A DNA stretch of 63,036 nt, counting the filler. It is 7 parts of 7 records of this genome, joined end to end, with 100 filler letters (N's around TTAATTAATTAA, not from the genome) between each part and the next. Parts side by side here need not be neighbours in the genome. Positions count along the whole stretch, not along the records: positions 1 to 9,716 come from SRR31156797_6466; 6 more parts are not named here. One strand, 5' to 3'. The notes beneath the pieces are model-generated. The model had not been told where the DNA came from. It searched no databases and saw nothing but the letters and a program-made list of their open reading frames with translations. The stretch's first letter is position 1, and each line of letters starts with the position of its first letter. Positions 1 to 9,323 of this stretch are shown here, piece after piece. The position numbers and the translations under genes are program-made.

Positions 1-1
1 T

Positions 2-379
2 GGTAAAAAAGAGTATATGCTTTTAAATGTTAATAAAACTACTCAGCTGTATAAAATCAGAGATAATGGTGAGATCGCAAATAACTTTGTACTTCTTTTC
101 CAAAATACTCAAGATGAGAAATACACTTACGATCTAGAGATTATTGGTGAGTATGCTGGTAGAGTTGAATTAAAAAGATTTACTCCATTTACACTAAGCC
201 GTGGAAAAATGGCGAAAAAAGTGATTGAGCTTACAACAATGGAGCATTTAGTAGAAGATGCAAGAAAAGATACGCCAGTTACAGTTACTCTTAGAGCATA
301 TGCAAAAGAGAATCCAGAAAAGATCAGTGTAATTAGACAAGCTGTATTTATCTTCCCAAGAGCTGATAAATTAAAATAA
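2..379 (+). CDS. ccoG: Cytochrome c oxidase accessory protein CcoG/FixG, C-terminal Ig-like part (5'-truncated)
   Basis: Frame is open from the window start (GKKEYMLLNVNKTTQLYK...N.FVLLFQNT...FIFP), matching the C-terminus of Campylobacterota CcoG as I recall it. Confidence 0.7.
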   Translation, partial: GKKEYMLLNVNKTTQLYKIRDNGEIANNFVLLFQNTQDEKYTYDLEIIGEYAGRVELKRFTPFTLSRGKMAKKVIELTTMEHLVEDARKDTPVTVTLRAYAKENPEKISVIRQAVFIFPRADKLK

Positions 380-402
380 TAGTTTAATTAAAACTGCTTT
401 GT

Positions 403-436
403 AAAAACCTAAGTCAAAAATGGCTTAGGTTTTTTT
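403..436 (+). terminator. Rho-independent terminator after ccoG
   Basis: AAAACCTAAGTC...GGCTTAGGTTTT stem followed by a T run; the extended -10 TGCTATAAT for luxS follows at 438-446. Confidence 0.75.
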
Positions 437-474
437 ATGCTATAATCAAACACATTAGAATAAAAGGATAGAAA

Positions 475-990
475 ATGCCATTACTTGATAGCTTTAGAGT
501 TGATCATACTATTATGCCAGCACCTGCTGTGAGAGTTGCAAAAACAATGACCACTCCAAAAGGGGATACGATCACAGTATTTGATCTTCGGTTTTATAAA
601 CCAAATGTAGAGATGATGAGTAATGAGGGGATCCATACTTTAGAGCATCTCTTTGCAGGATTTATGAGAGATCATCTAAATTCTGATGATGTAGAGATCA
701 TTGATATCTCTCCTATGGGATGTAAAACAGGATTTTATATGAGTTTACTTGGAACTCCCGATGAAAAAAGAGTATCAAAAGCTTGGGAAGAGTCTATGGA
801 TGATATTTTAAATGTAGCTTCTCAAAATGATATCCCTGAGCTTAATGAGTATCAATGTGGAACCTATACAATGCACTCTTTAGATGATGCAAAAGGGATC
901 GCAAAAGATATGAAAGATAGAGGAATAGGGATCATGAGTAATGATGAACTTTATCTAAGCGAAGAGAGAATGAAAGAGTTAGGGATCTAG
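475..990 (+). CDS. luxS: S-ribosylhomocysteine lyase (AI-2 synthase)
   Basis: [27 protein letters not shown] and QCG motifs; AAGGA SD. Confidence 0.97.
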   Translation: MPLLDSFRVDHTIMPAPAVRVAKTMTTPKGDTITVFDLRFYKPNVEMMSNEGIHTLEHLFAGFMRDHLNSDDVEIIDISPMGCKTGFYMSLLGTPDEKRVSKAWEESMDDILNVASQNDIPELNEYQCGTYTMHSLDDAKGIAKDMKDRGIGIMSNDELYLSEERMKELGI

Positions 991-991
991 T

Positions 992-1435
992 TTGAATAAA
1001 GAGTTCAAACAGTTTGAAGAGCTATTTGATAGCTCTCCAAATATAGCTATTTTGCATATCGACAATGGATGTAATGAGATTAAACTTTTTTTAGAAGAGT
1101 TTATTGCTAAAAGTGATGGAGAATTAACTTATAAAGATATCAATAAAATTAGTACACAAACTTTTAGATTGCAAGATCGTAACTTTGAATATGCGATATT
1201 ATCAAATTGTTTAAAGAAAATTCCTACAAAAGAGAAGTTTATTGATAGCGTGTATCATGCTTTAGAAAACTCTGCTTTTATTATTTTGATTGAAGAGAAA
1301 ACTAAGAGTGATCTATCCATGATGATGGAGTTACTAGACCAGTGTAACTTCCGAGCAGTAAATTCTATAGATATTTTCCAAAACTATAATTTAGTGATGG
1401 CAAAAAAACTTCATATGTGGGGTGCTGGACAGTAA
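992..1435 (+). CDS. Hypothetical protein, possibly a degenerate class I methyltransferase-like domain
   Basis: 147-aa ORF starting 1 nt after the luxS stop; weak MTase-like pattern (FEYAILSNCL...YHALENSAFIILIE). Confidence 0.55.
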   Translation: MNKEFKQFEELFDSSPNIAILHIDNGCNEIKLFLEEFIAKSDGELTYKDINKISTQTFRLQDRNFEYAILSNCLKKIPTKEKFIDSVYHALENSAFIILIEEKTKSDLSMMMELLDQCNFRAVNSIDIFQNYNLVMAKKLHMWGAGQ

Positions 1436-1464
1436 CTTATTCTGAGATACTATATAGTTTTAGA

Positions 1465-1577
1465 ATAAGGAGTGGGAGTATTGCTACTCCCGATGAAATT
1501 AGTTAAGAGCTGCTAATAGCAACTACAGTATGAAAAGTAAATTTCTAAACGAAGGGAGTTAGTAATTCCTTTCCACA
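1465..1577 (-). ncRNA. Candidate ~110-nt small RNA
   Basis: TATAAT -10 on the minus strand (1584-1589), three hairpins, 3' stem GGGAGTA-GCAA-TACTCCC with a GNRA loop, no sizeable ORF. Confidence 0.5.
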
Positions 1578-1656
1578 AGTATAATTATATATAAATTTAA
1601 TTATAAAAATGTTTAATATTTTCCTGCTTTACAAAAAGTAAACTTTTAAAAACACT

Positions 1657-2472
1657 CTATAAATAATAAAAAATTATAAAACTTAATCCTAAAGCAATAA
1701 GTAGTTTTACCCAGTGGATAAATGCTGTACCGATAAGATTTCCAATTTGACAACTAGTACACGAACTATATCTTTTCCCCTCAAAATAGCCGACAACTAA
1801 ATAGATAAAAGTTCCAAGAAATAAACCAAGAGCTAAATATTTTTGGTATTCAAAAACACTTTCTTGAGTAGAATCTTCTTGGAAAAACAAACTTATAAGT
1901 AAGATTACCATAGCCACAAAAATAAGTTTTAAAACTTGATTAATCTTATCTTTATATGAAAAGACAGGACAACTCTCAGGAATTGCTACGTTTGAGCCAA
2001 ATTCTAGTTTTTTTTCAAATCGTTGTTTCTCATCTTTACTTAATTTATTGATAAATGAAGAGCCAAAAGTATAGTCAATCTTTCTTTGAAGTAGTATAGC
2101 AAAATCACCACTTGCTTTTAAGGAGCAATCTTTCCCTGTGCGATCTTGATATACGACTGTAATATTTTCATGTCTTTTTACTTTAGCACTTAGTCCTGGA
2201 AAGTATGCAGTGGTTTCTTCAGACTCTATTGAACCATGTTGTCCTATGATCCTAGGATTAATAAGCTCTAGTAGCTTTTGATCTTGATCTTTTACCATTA
2301 CTACATTATATTGATTTCCTATTTGATATGCTGCAAGGCCTTGAAGATTATTTGCGGTGATTGTATCTTTAAGGTCACCAAGAAGTTCATCTAAAGAGCC
2401 ATCAAAGACTCTTATATCTGTGGAATACTCTACACTTGGAGGTGTAGGGTATTTTACAATATCTCTAACCAT
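1657..2472 (-). CDS. Peptide deformylase-like protein with degenerate active site and C-terminal transmembrane/CxxC extension
   Basis: GLAAYQIG and LINPRII retained; EGCLS replaced by EETTAY and HExDH by QRKIDY; three hydrophobic helices and CTSC at the C-terminus. Confidence 0.8.
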   Translation of the reverse strand: MVRDIVKYPTPPSVEYSTDIRVFDGSLDELLGDLKDTITANNLQGLAAYQIGNQYNVVMVKDQDQKLLELINPRIIGQHGSIESEETTAYFPGLSAKVKRHENITVVYQDRTGKDCSLKASGDFAILLQRKIDYTFGSSFINKLSKDEKQRFEKKLEFGSNVAIPESCPVFSYKDKINQVLKLIFVAMVILLISLFFQEDSTQESVFEYQKYLALGLFLGTFIYLVVGYFEGKRYSSCTSCQIGNLIGTAFIHWVKLLIALGLSFIIFYYL

Positions 2473-2478
2473 AAAAAG

Positions 2479-2643
2479 TTAGTGACTCTTTTTCACAACA
2501 ATCAACATCTTGATATTGATCACAATAAATCGAATAAATTGCCAAATAATACAAGTTCGTAGTTTTTTTGCAAACCATCCTGGAGTCATCGTTGTAAAGT
2601 TTTGTCCGTATGCTTCAATATTCTCTTCACCATATTTACTCAT
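2479..2643 (-). CDS. 54-aa small protein between sqr and the PDF-like gene (not in ORF track)
   Basis: AAGGA SD then ATG; MSKYGEENIEAYGQNFTTMTPGWFAKKLRTCIIWQFIRFIVINIKMLIVVKKSH*; fills the intergenic gap. Confidence 0.75.
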   Translation of the reverse strand: MSKYGEENIEAYGQNFTTMTPGWFAKKLRTCIIWQFIRFIVINIKMLIVVKKSH

Positions 2644-2676
2644 AATATTTCCTTTGTAATAGTTTTATTTTATATT

Positions 2677-4146
2677 TTATTCTGGAATCAATGTCCAACC
2701 AGCTTTTAGTTTTGCTTTATGGATAAACATATGGTGTAAAATATGTTTGATCCAGTGACCAGCAAGTCCAATCTCTCCAAAAGTATACTCTGTATCTCTA
2801 CCAGTTCCAGGATACTTGTCAAAATCAGGGACAACTGGATAGATAGTCATAGCAGCAGCTGTTCCATTAAATAAACCTTTTCCTGCGCTAGCCACACATG
2901 CGGCACCCATCTCAGCCATACTCGCTTCATGGATCTTTGCATTTGATCCATCTTTGATCATATTACAAATAGAGTGAGCTACAGTTTTCCCCATTATACC
3001 TGATGGCATACCTGTTCTTGGAGGTGTAGGTCCTATTGCAGTTCCATTTGGTGATTTCATTGGTTTTGAGATAGGGTGTGGTGGTGCAAAAGCGATACCA
3101 CAAGCGAACATATTTGGATATGTTGGGTTTTGGTATTTTTTAGGCCAATCACTTGCTTTCCAGTTTTCATATGCTCCAGCTCCATAGTTTGCATCAACTT
3201 TCATAAATCCATTTGGTGCAAAAATAGTATCAGTGATATCAGAGCCATCTTTATCAAATGCTTTGAGTCCAACTCCTGCAAATGGAGGGATCAACATAGA
3301 AAAATCAAACTCTTCTTCTCCAGTAGTCCCATCTAGAAGCTCATAGGATACTTTCCCTTCTTCTACTTTATTTACATGTGCACCAATGATCCAATTAACT
3401 CCACGCTCAGTAAATAATGACTCTGCAAAGATTTTAGAACTCACTGCATATCCCATAGCTTTCATATGAAGTCCACCCACTCCAAAATCACCTAAAAATG
3501 ACTCATTTGAGATCCATTTAATATCAGCTAAGTCTCTTACTCCCGCTTTTTTAAGTTCATGCTCAATATTAAAGATATATTCAAAGGCAGCACCTTGACA
3601 AGTACAAAGACCATGTCCTGTTCCTATTAAGAACTTTTGCCTTTCCCCTTTTTTCATTTTTTCGATACATTTATTAAGTTCATCATTAGCATGAGCTGCA
3701 TGATCTGCTGTACAAACCGAAACAGTATGTTCTCCTAGTTGACTTCCTTCTCCAAGCCCTGGTGTTGCACCAAAGTTTAGTTTTGGTCCAGTTGCGTTGA
3801 TTAAGTAATCATATTCTACTTCTTCAGTTTGTCCAGTTTTATTTTGACCAGTATATTCAATAGTTACATATGCTGTATCACTTCCCTCTTTCCCATTTGG
3901 ATGGATAGAGACACCTTTTGCTTGTCTATAATCGATTCCAATTTTTTTATATACAGGTTCTAAATCAAATGTCACATCACTTGTTTTCATTTGACCAACC
4001 CCAACCCAAATATTTGATGGGATCCAGTTCCATTTACTATTTGGTGTTACTACTATAACTTCATGATCTTTTCCTAGCCATTTTTTTGCGAAAGTTGCCG
4101 CAGTATGCCCAGAAACACCCCCTCCTAAAACAATTACTTTTGCCAT
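2677..4146 (-). CDS. sqrD: Sulfide:quinone oxidoreductase, type IV (SqrD-like)
   Basis: GGGVSGH FAD motif, WIPSNIWVGVG, SVCT, TCQGAAFEY, PPRTGMPSG, CVASAG; start moved to the ATG at 4146 that has an AAGGA SD. Confidence 0.88.
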   Translation of the reverse strand: MAKVIVLGGGVSGHTAATFAKKWLGKDHEVIVVTPNSKWNWIPSNIWVGVGQMKTSDVTFDLEPVYKKIGIDYRQAKGVSIHPNGKEGSDTAYVTIEYTGQNKTGQTEEVEYDYLINATGPKLNFGATPGLGEGSQLGEHTVSVCTADHAAHANDELNKCIEKMKKGERQKFLIGTGHGLCTCQGAAFEYIFNIEHELKKAGVRDLADIKWISNESFLGDFGVGGLHMKAMGYAVSSKIFAESLFTERGVNWIIGAHVNKVEEGKVSYELLDGTTGEEEFDFSMLIPPFAGVGLKAFDKDGSDITDTIFAPNGFMKVDANYGAGAYENWKASDWPKKYQNPTYPNMFACGIAFAPPHPISKPMKSPNGTAIGPTPPRTGMPSGIMGKTVAHSICNMIKDGSNAKIHEASMAEMGAACVASAGKGLFNGTAAAMTIYPVVPDFDKYPGTGRDTEYTFGEIGLAGHWIKHILHHMFIHKAKLKAGWTLIPE

Positions 4147-4179
4147 ATTGATTCCTTGTGATTTTAAGTTGAACAATTC

Positions 4180-4190
4180 GACCAGTGGTC
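4180..4190. promoter_or_regulatory. Palindrome upstream of sqr, possible repressor operator
   Basis: GACCA-G-TGGTC perfect inverted repeat ~35 bp upstream of the sqr start in AT-rich DNA. Confidence 0.4.
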
Positions 4191-4357
4191 AACTATAAGA
4201 AATGATAATACTATGTAGTTTATATTTCGCTTAAACTTATTAGAAAATTTTATAATTCTTCTAAGACTTTTATTTGAAAAATTGATAGTTAAAAACATAT
4301 TTACGATCAATTTGATAAAATGGTTTTATTAAAATATCAAGATTAAAGGATAAGAAA

Positions 4358-5104
4358 ATCGATTTAGTATGTACAAATGATGGTTCCAATACACTCTATT
4401 CTAAAGAGTATGATCAACATTATCATAGCTGTAAAGATGGGGCGTTATATGAGTCTTTTTCTAAACATATTATTCCAGCTATAAACGATCAGATTCATAA
4501 GGAAAAATTAGTAATTTTAGATATATGTTTTGGTTTAGGGTATAACACTTTAGCAACCCTATATTATTTAAAACAAAATAATATCTCTAAAAAACTCCAT
4601 ATCTATTCTCCTGAACTTGATGGAAGCTTGATTCAAAGTTTAAAAGAGTTTCCTTATCCCAAAGAGTTACAGTATCTAGATAAGATTATAAAAGAGCTTT
4701 CAAAAAACTTTTTTTATGAAGATAAAGAGTGTATAATTGAGATTGTTAACGATGATGCACGAAAAGTTTTAAAAGAGCTAAATGAAAAAAATATCAAAAT
4801 AGATATTGTATATCAAGACCCTTTTAGTTCCGATGTAAATAAATCACTTTGGACAGTAGAGTATTTTAAAGATATAGAAAAACTTTTACAAAAAGATGGG
4901 ATAGTGACCACTTACTCAATAGCAACTCCAGTGAGACTGAGTATGTATGAGAGTGGTTTATATATCTATGAGATAGAATCGCAAAAGAGAAAAAGTACAT
5001 TAGCTTTTAAAGAGAAAAAAGAGGATAGTTCTTATAAATATATAGATATGGAACTTAAAAAACAAAGAAATAAAGAAGCAAAACCTTTAAGGGATGAGGA
5101 GTAG
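4358..5104 (+). CDS. mnmD: tRNA mnm5s2U34 methyltransferase MnmD-like protein (MnmC N-terminal domain), no canonical start codon
   Basis: Frame extends upstream of 4628 through DGSNTLYSKEYDQHYHS, DGALYES..KHI and LDICFGLGYN; YQDPFS downstream; no in-frame ATG/GTG/TTG before 4628. Confidence 0.8.
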   Translation: MDLVCTNDGSNTLYSKEYDQHYHSCKDGALYESFSKHIIPAINDQIHKEKLVILDICFGLGYNTLATLYYLKQNNISKKLHIYSPELDGSLIQSLKEFPYPKELQYLDKIIKELSKNFFYEDKECIIEIVNDDARKVLKELNEKNIKIDIVYQDPFSSDVNKSLWTVEYFKDIEKLLQKDGIVTTYSIATPVRLSMYESGLYIYEIESQKRKSTLAFKEKKEDSSYKYIDMELKKQRNKEAKPLRDEE

Positions 5105-5106
5105 GG

Positions 5107-5403
5107 ATGTTTGAAGAGGAACGAGTAGTAAAAGTATATAGAGTAACTGTGAAAAAGATCATAGAGAGACTTTTATCTTTGCAAGATATAGAATTATCAC
5201 AGTTTAAAGATGAAGTGATAGAGCAGTTTGATGGATATGAGTATAAAGATATTGAAGAGGTTACTGGATTTGATAGCTGGCCCGATATTAGTCAAGATGG
5301 GGAGTATGAATTAAATGTAAAAATAGCCCATGAAGATGCTTATGAGTTTACTATTTTTATTAAAGTGGAGGCTTTAAAGGTTTGTGTGGTTAATGTATTA
5401 TAG
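5107..5403 (+). CDS. Acidic hypothetical protein
   Basis: 98-aa ORF with GGAG SD, 2 nt after the mnmD stop. Confidence 0.65.
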   Translation: MFEEERVVKVYRVTVKKIIERLLSLQDIELSQFKDEVIEQFDGYEYKDIEEVTGFDSWPDISQDGEYELNVKIAHEDAYEFTIFIKVEALKVCVVNVL

Positions 5404-5557
5404 AACTTAAGAAATAAGTTTACATCTAAATGCAGCTATAGTTTCAATAAATTTTGGATCTATCTTACAATATAGTCTATAAGTAAAGTCAAGAGAGTCA
5501 AAACTAATCATCAAATATATAAAAAAAATATCTAAGATTGTATTTATTAATCCTATA

Positions 5558-5580
5558 ATATAATTATACATATAATTATA
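5558..5580. promoter_or_regulatory. Tandem TATAATTATA palindromes, probable TA autorepression operator
   Basis: ATATAATTATA twice (5558-5568, 5570-5580) immediately upstream of the antitoxin RBS. Confidence 0.45.
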
Positions 5581-5591
5581 AAGGATCTAAC

Positions 5592-5846
5592 TTGACAGCT
5601 ATTATGGAAAAAGAAATTAATGTTATCCAAATAGGTACTTCAAAAGGGATTCGATTACCTGCTGAAGTATTAAAATTATTGAATTCACCTAAAAGTTTGG
5701 ATATGCAATTAAAAGATGGTGAGATAATTTTAAAACCTCATAAAAATCCACGAGAGGGTTGGACTGAGATGATCAAAGAAAACTATGTTGAAGAAGACTT
5801 GTTGATTCCTGATGATCTAGATGCTAGTAAATGGGATGAATTATGA
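5592..5846 (+). CDS. mazE: AbrB/MazE-family antitoxin
   Basis: IQIGTSKGIRLP AbrB motif, PREGW, acidic tail; ATGA overlap with the toxin. Confidence 0.88.
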   Translation: MTAIMEKEINVIQIGTSKGIRLPAEVLKLLNSPKSLDMQLKDGEIILKPHKNPREGWTEMIKENYVEEDLLIPDDLDASKWDEL

Positions 5847-6163
5847 CAATCAATCAGTATGATGTGGTAGATATCTCTTTAAATCCTATTGTAGGTTCAG
5901 AAATAGGTAAAACACGACCTTGTGTTGTATTAACTCCCAATGAAATATTACAAAGTCCTATGAAAACTATTTTAGTAGCACCTATGACAAAAACAAATAG
6001 AATGTATCCTACTCGTATTACAGTTTCAGTAAATTCTTATATTGCTTTAGATCAAATGAGATCAGTAGATAGATCTAGAGTTATAAGAGTTAGAGATGAT
6101 ATTGTTGTATCTAAGTCAATTAGTGATATAAAATCAACTATTAAAGAATTATTAGTTGATTAG
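5843..6163 (+). CDS. mazF: MazF/PemK-family endoribonuclease toxin
   Basis: LNPIVGSEIGKTRPCVV, VAPMT, DQMRSVDRSR. Confidence 0.9.
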   Translation: MTINQYDVVDISLNPIVGSEIGKTRPCVVLTPNEILQSPMKTILVAPMTKTNRMYPTRITVSVNSYIALDQMRSVDRSRVIRVRDDIVVSKSISDIKSTIKELLVD

Positions 6164-6167
6164 GTAT

Positions 6168-7997
6168 TTAGCTTTCACCTTCTATTTCCATAGGCTCAAG
6201 ATAGCCAAGCTTTACTAAGATCTTTATAATCTCTTTAAAAACAGGAACAGCAGAGTGTGAAGCATAATAGTAGTACCAGTTTTTTCCTCGACTTACTGGA
6301 TCATTTACAGTTACTCCTATGGTATATTTTTGGTTTTTATCATTGGCAAAACCAAAGAAACTACTGATATATTTTCTTTGGTATTGTCCATCTTCAACCA
6401 CTTGGGCTGTTCCTGTTTTTCCACCTATTTTTAAGCCTTCAATTCTTGCTTTTTGTCCTGTCCCTTTTTCAACAGTATGGATTAGCATATTTTTCATATA
6501 CTCAGCAGTCTCTTTAGATATGATTTGTTTCTCTTCATAGTTACTATTTTTATTAACTATATATGGGGTAACTATTTTCCCACCATTATTAAAAACACTA
6601 TAGGCTTTCAGTACTTGCATAAAAGTTGTTGTGATCCCTTGTCCATATGAGTCTGTGGCTTTATAGATATTATCTTTCCCGTCTTTTTCACCTGCACGGT
6701 ATTGGTAAAGTTTATGGATTACTCCTGTTTTTTCATATGGCAGATCAATCCCTGTTTTTTGTGAAAGTCCAAAACTTTTATAGCCATTATAAAAATCATC
6801 TCCACTTAAACGGTTTGCAATAGTCAGAGTTCCAATATTGCTTGAATAGATGATAATATCTTCTAAAGTGATCCAGTTTTTTTTAAATTGGTGGTCATCT
6901 TTTATAGTATATCTTCCTATTTTATATTTTCCCCTTGGAAACTCCCCTTTTTTATTTCTTTTCCCTTTATTATATGCTGAAAAAATTTCATCTTTTTTTA
7001 CTAGTTTTTTATCCAAAGCTAAAGAGATAGCAAGAGGTTTTATAACTGATCCTGGCTCAAAGTTGTATTCTATTGCACTGATTGAGAGATTCCTTATCTC
7101 ATCTTTTTGAATATTTGAGGGATTATATCTATTTGAACTTGCAAGGGCAAGTATCTTTCCTGTTTCACTCTCCATCACTGAGACATAGACCTCTTGAGCT
7201 TCAAGTTTCTCTTTATATCTGTCAAGCATAAGTTCGATATTTTTTTGAAGCTTTAATGGAATACTTATATGGATATCTTCCCCATCTCTTCTTTTAATGA
7301 TCTTAGAGTCTTTATTAAAAATAAGATAAGAAAGAACATCTCTTTCTCCCTCTAAGATCCCATCTTGAAAATTATTTAGTTCATCATTAAATTCTCGCTC
7401 AATTCCATTGATCCCATTGACCCTTTGTTTTCCAGCTTTTGAATTAAGCTCTCTTATAAAGCCAAGTACTGGAGTCATCGCATCTTTATAGGTATAGACT
7501 CTCTCCTCTCCTGTTTCATAGATACTCAAACCATGAAGATATCTTGTCCCATTAAGCTCTATTGCCTTAAATATATCAAGATTTCGTAGTTTAAAAGCTA
7601 AGGATTGTAGCTCTTTTGCTGTTTTTTGATCGATGGTTCGAGAGAGGATCACATACCCTTTTTTACTTCTAAGTTTTGTACGAATCGTTTTTTTATCAAT
7701 GCCACTATAGATAGAAAACAGGGTAATAAAAAGATCAAATTTTTCTTTATTTAAAGATCTTGTATCAACTGAAGCTGAAAATATTTTTCTAGAAGTTGCT
7801 ACTTTAAAGCCATCACCACTATAGATATTTCCCCTAACAGCTAAGTCTTTTTTTGTGGTCATAAGTGATGGAAGATCTCTTGTTTTATGAATAGTGTTTG
7901 ATACAGATAAAATCAGTATTAAAAATGCTATGAAAATCAGCACAATTAAGATCAAGATTTTTTTCATAACTGGAAGTTGCTGTTTTTTTAAAGACAT
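6168..7997 (-). CDS. ftsI: Class B penicillin-binding protein (septal transpeptidase)
   Basis: N-terminal TM, RGNI, GINGIE, EPGSVIK (SxxK), SSN, KTGT; divergent from ftsW. Confidence 0.88.
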   Translation of the reverse strand: MSLKKQQLPVMKKILILIVLIFIAFLILILSVSNTIHKTRDLPSLMTTKKDLAVRGNIYSGDGFKVATSRKIFSASVDTRSLNKEKFDLFITLFSIYSGIDKKTIRTKLRSKKGYVILSRTIDQKTAKELQSLAFKLRNLDIFKAIELNGTRYLHGLSIYETGEERVYTYKDAMTPVLGFIRELNSKAGKQRVNGINGIEREFNDELNNFQDGILEGERDVLSYLIFNKDSKIIKRRDGEDIHISIPLKLQKNIELMLDRYKEKLEAQEVYVSVMESETGKILALASSNRYNPSNIQKDEIRNLSISAIEYNFEPGSVIKPLAISLALDKKLVKKDEIFSAYNKGKRNKKGEFPRGKYKIGRYTIKDDHQFKKNWITLEDIIIYSSNIGTLTIANRLSGDDFYNGYKSFGLSQKTGIDLPYEKTGVIHKLYQYRAGEKDGKDNIYKATDSYGQGITTTFMQVLKAYSVFNNGGKIVTPYIVNKNSNYEEKQIISKETAEYMKNMLIHTVEKGTGQKARIEGLKIGGKTGTAQVVEDGQYQRKYISSFFGFANDKNQKYTIGVTVNDPVSRGKNWYYYYASHSAVPVFKEIIKILVKLGYLEPMEIEGES

Positions 7998-8036
7998 TCT
8001 TTACCTATAATTTGAGAAAGTTTGGTATAATCACGC

Positions 8037-9323
8037 ATGGATTTTATCAAAAATAAGATTAAAGCACTTACTTCTCATATAAAAGCACTTACAGATGATA
8101 AAGAACCTGATTATATACTTTTTTTTCTAAGCTCCACTCTTGTTATTTTAGGGATCATATTTTCTTATTCTCTTTCTATTTATACAGTGGATTATTGGGA
8201 CTATGATCAATACCATTTTTTTGTAAGGCAGCTTTTTACAGGATCTTTAGCGATCCTTTTGATGTGGAGTTTATCTCAAATTAGACCAGAAAAACTCATC
8301 CCTTTTACTGGATGGTTTCTATTTGGATTTTTTCTTTTTTTGATGGTTGCTATGCAATTTTTGCCAGCATCTTTAGTGACAGAATCAGGAGGAGCCAAGC
8401 GTTGGATTAGACTTCCAGGGTTCTCTTTATCCCCTGTTGAGTTTTTTAAAATAGGTTTTATATATTATCTTGCTTGGTCATTTCATAGAAAACTATTGGC
8501 TTTAGATAAGATCACTTTTAAAGAGGAGCTTAAAATATTAGCTCCTTATGGCTTGGTTTTTGGTGTTGCTGTATTTTTAATAGCTTTTTTACAAAAGGAT
8601 CTAGGGCAAGTGGTTCTTTTAGCAACAATTTTATTTATTATGTTGATCTTTGCTAATAGAAGCTGGAAACTGTTTGCTTCGATGATAGTTGTAGCTGTAA
8701 GTGGACTACTCGCTTTAATTCTTCTTTTCCCACATAGAATCACAAGAGTTCAAAGCTGGTGGAGTATGGTTCAAGATAGTGTTTTATCTATTATGCCAGA
8801 GTTTATAGCCGTAAAGCTTCGTATTGAAGAGTTTCCTGAACCATATCAAGTAGGGCACTCTTTAAATGCTATTCATAATGGAGGGATCACTGGACTTGGG
8901 ATTGGAAATGGATCGTTAAAACTTGGTTTTTTAAGTGAGGTACATACAGACTTTGTATTAGCTGGTATTGCAGAAGAGGTCGGGTTTATCGGATTTTTAT
9001 TTATAGTGACTATCCTTTTTGGGGTCATCTTTAGAATTTTTCGCACAAGTAGACGTGTAAAAAATTCTAAATATCATCTTTTTAGTTTAGGGATTGGCTT
9101 GATGATCGTGATCGCTTTTTTAATTAACTCATATGGGGTCACAGGAATCATTCCTATTAAAGGGATTGCTGTTCCTTTTTTAAGTTATGGAGGAAGTTCA
9201 ATGCTTTCTGTTGCCATTGCTATTGGACTTGTTTTATCAATTAGTAGAGATATTCCTAAAGTACAAAAAGAGACTAGATCTGAACTTGATCAATTAAAAG
9301 ATCAAGAGGAAGAGAAGTCTTAA
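8037..9323 (+). CDS. ftsW: SEDS-family peptidoglycan polymerase FtsW
   Basis: GGAKRWI, PVEFFK, QKDLG, EVHTDF, PFLSYGGSS. Confidence 0.92.
   Translation: MDFIKNKIKALTSHIKALTDDKEPDYILFFLSSTLVILGIIFSYSLSIYTVDYWDYDQYHFFVRQLFTGSLAILLMWSLSQIRPEKLIPFTGWFLFGFFLFLMVAMQFLPASLVTESGGAKRWIRLPGFSLSPVEFFKIGFIYYLAWSFHRKLLALDKITFKEELKILAPYGLVFGVAVFLIAFLQKDLGQVVLLATILFIMLIFANRSWKLFASMIVVAVSGLLALILLFPHRITRVQSWWSMVQDSVLSIMPEFIAVKLRIEEFPEPYQVGHSLNAIHNGGITGLGIGNGSLKLGFLSEVHTDFVLAGIAEEVGFIGFLFIVTILFGVIFRIFRTSRRVKNSKYHLFSLGIGLMIVIAFLINSYGVTGIIPIKGIAVPFLSYGGSSMLSVAIAIGLVLSISRDIPKVQKETRSELDQLKDQEEEKS

Noticed and set aside
5592-6163. MazEF pair as a mobile element
   Set aside because: Ordinary type II TA module; I see no flanking repeats or recombinase.
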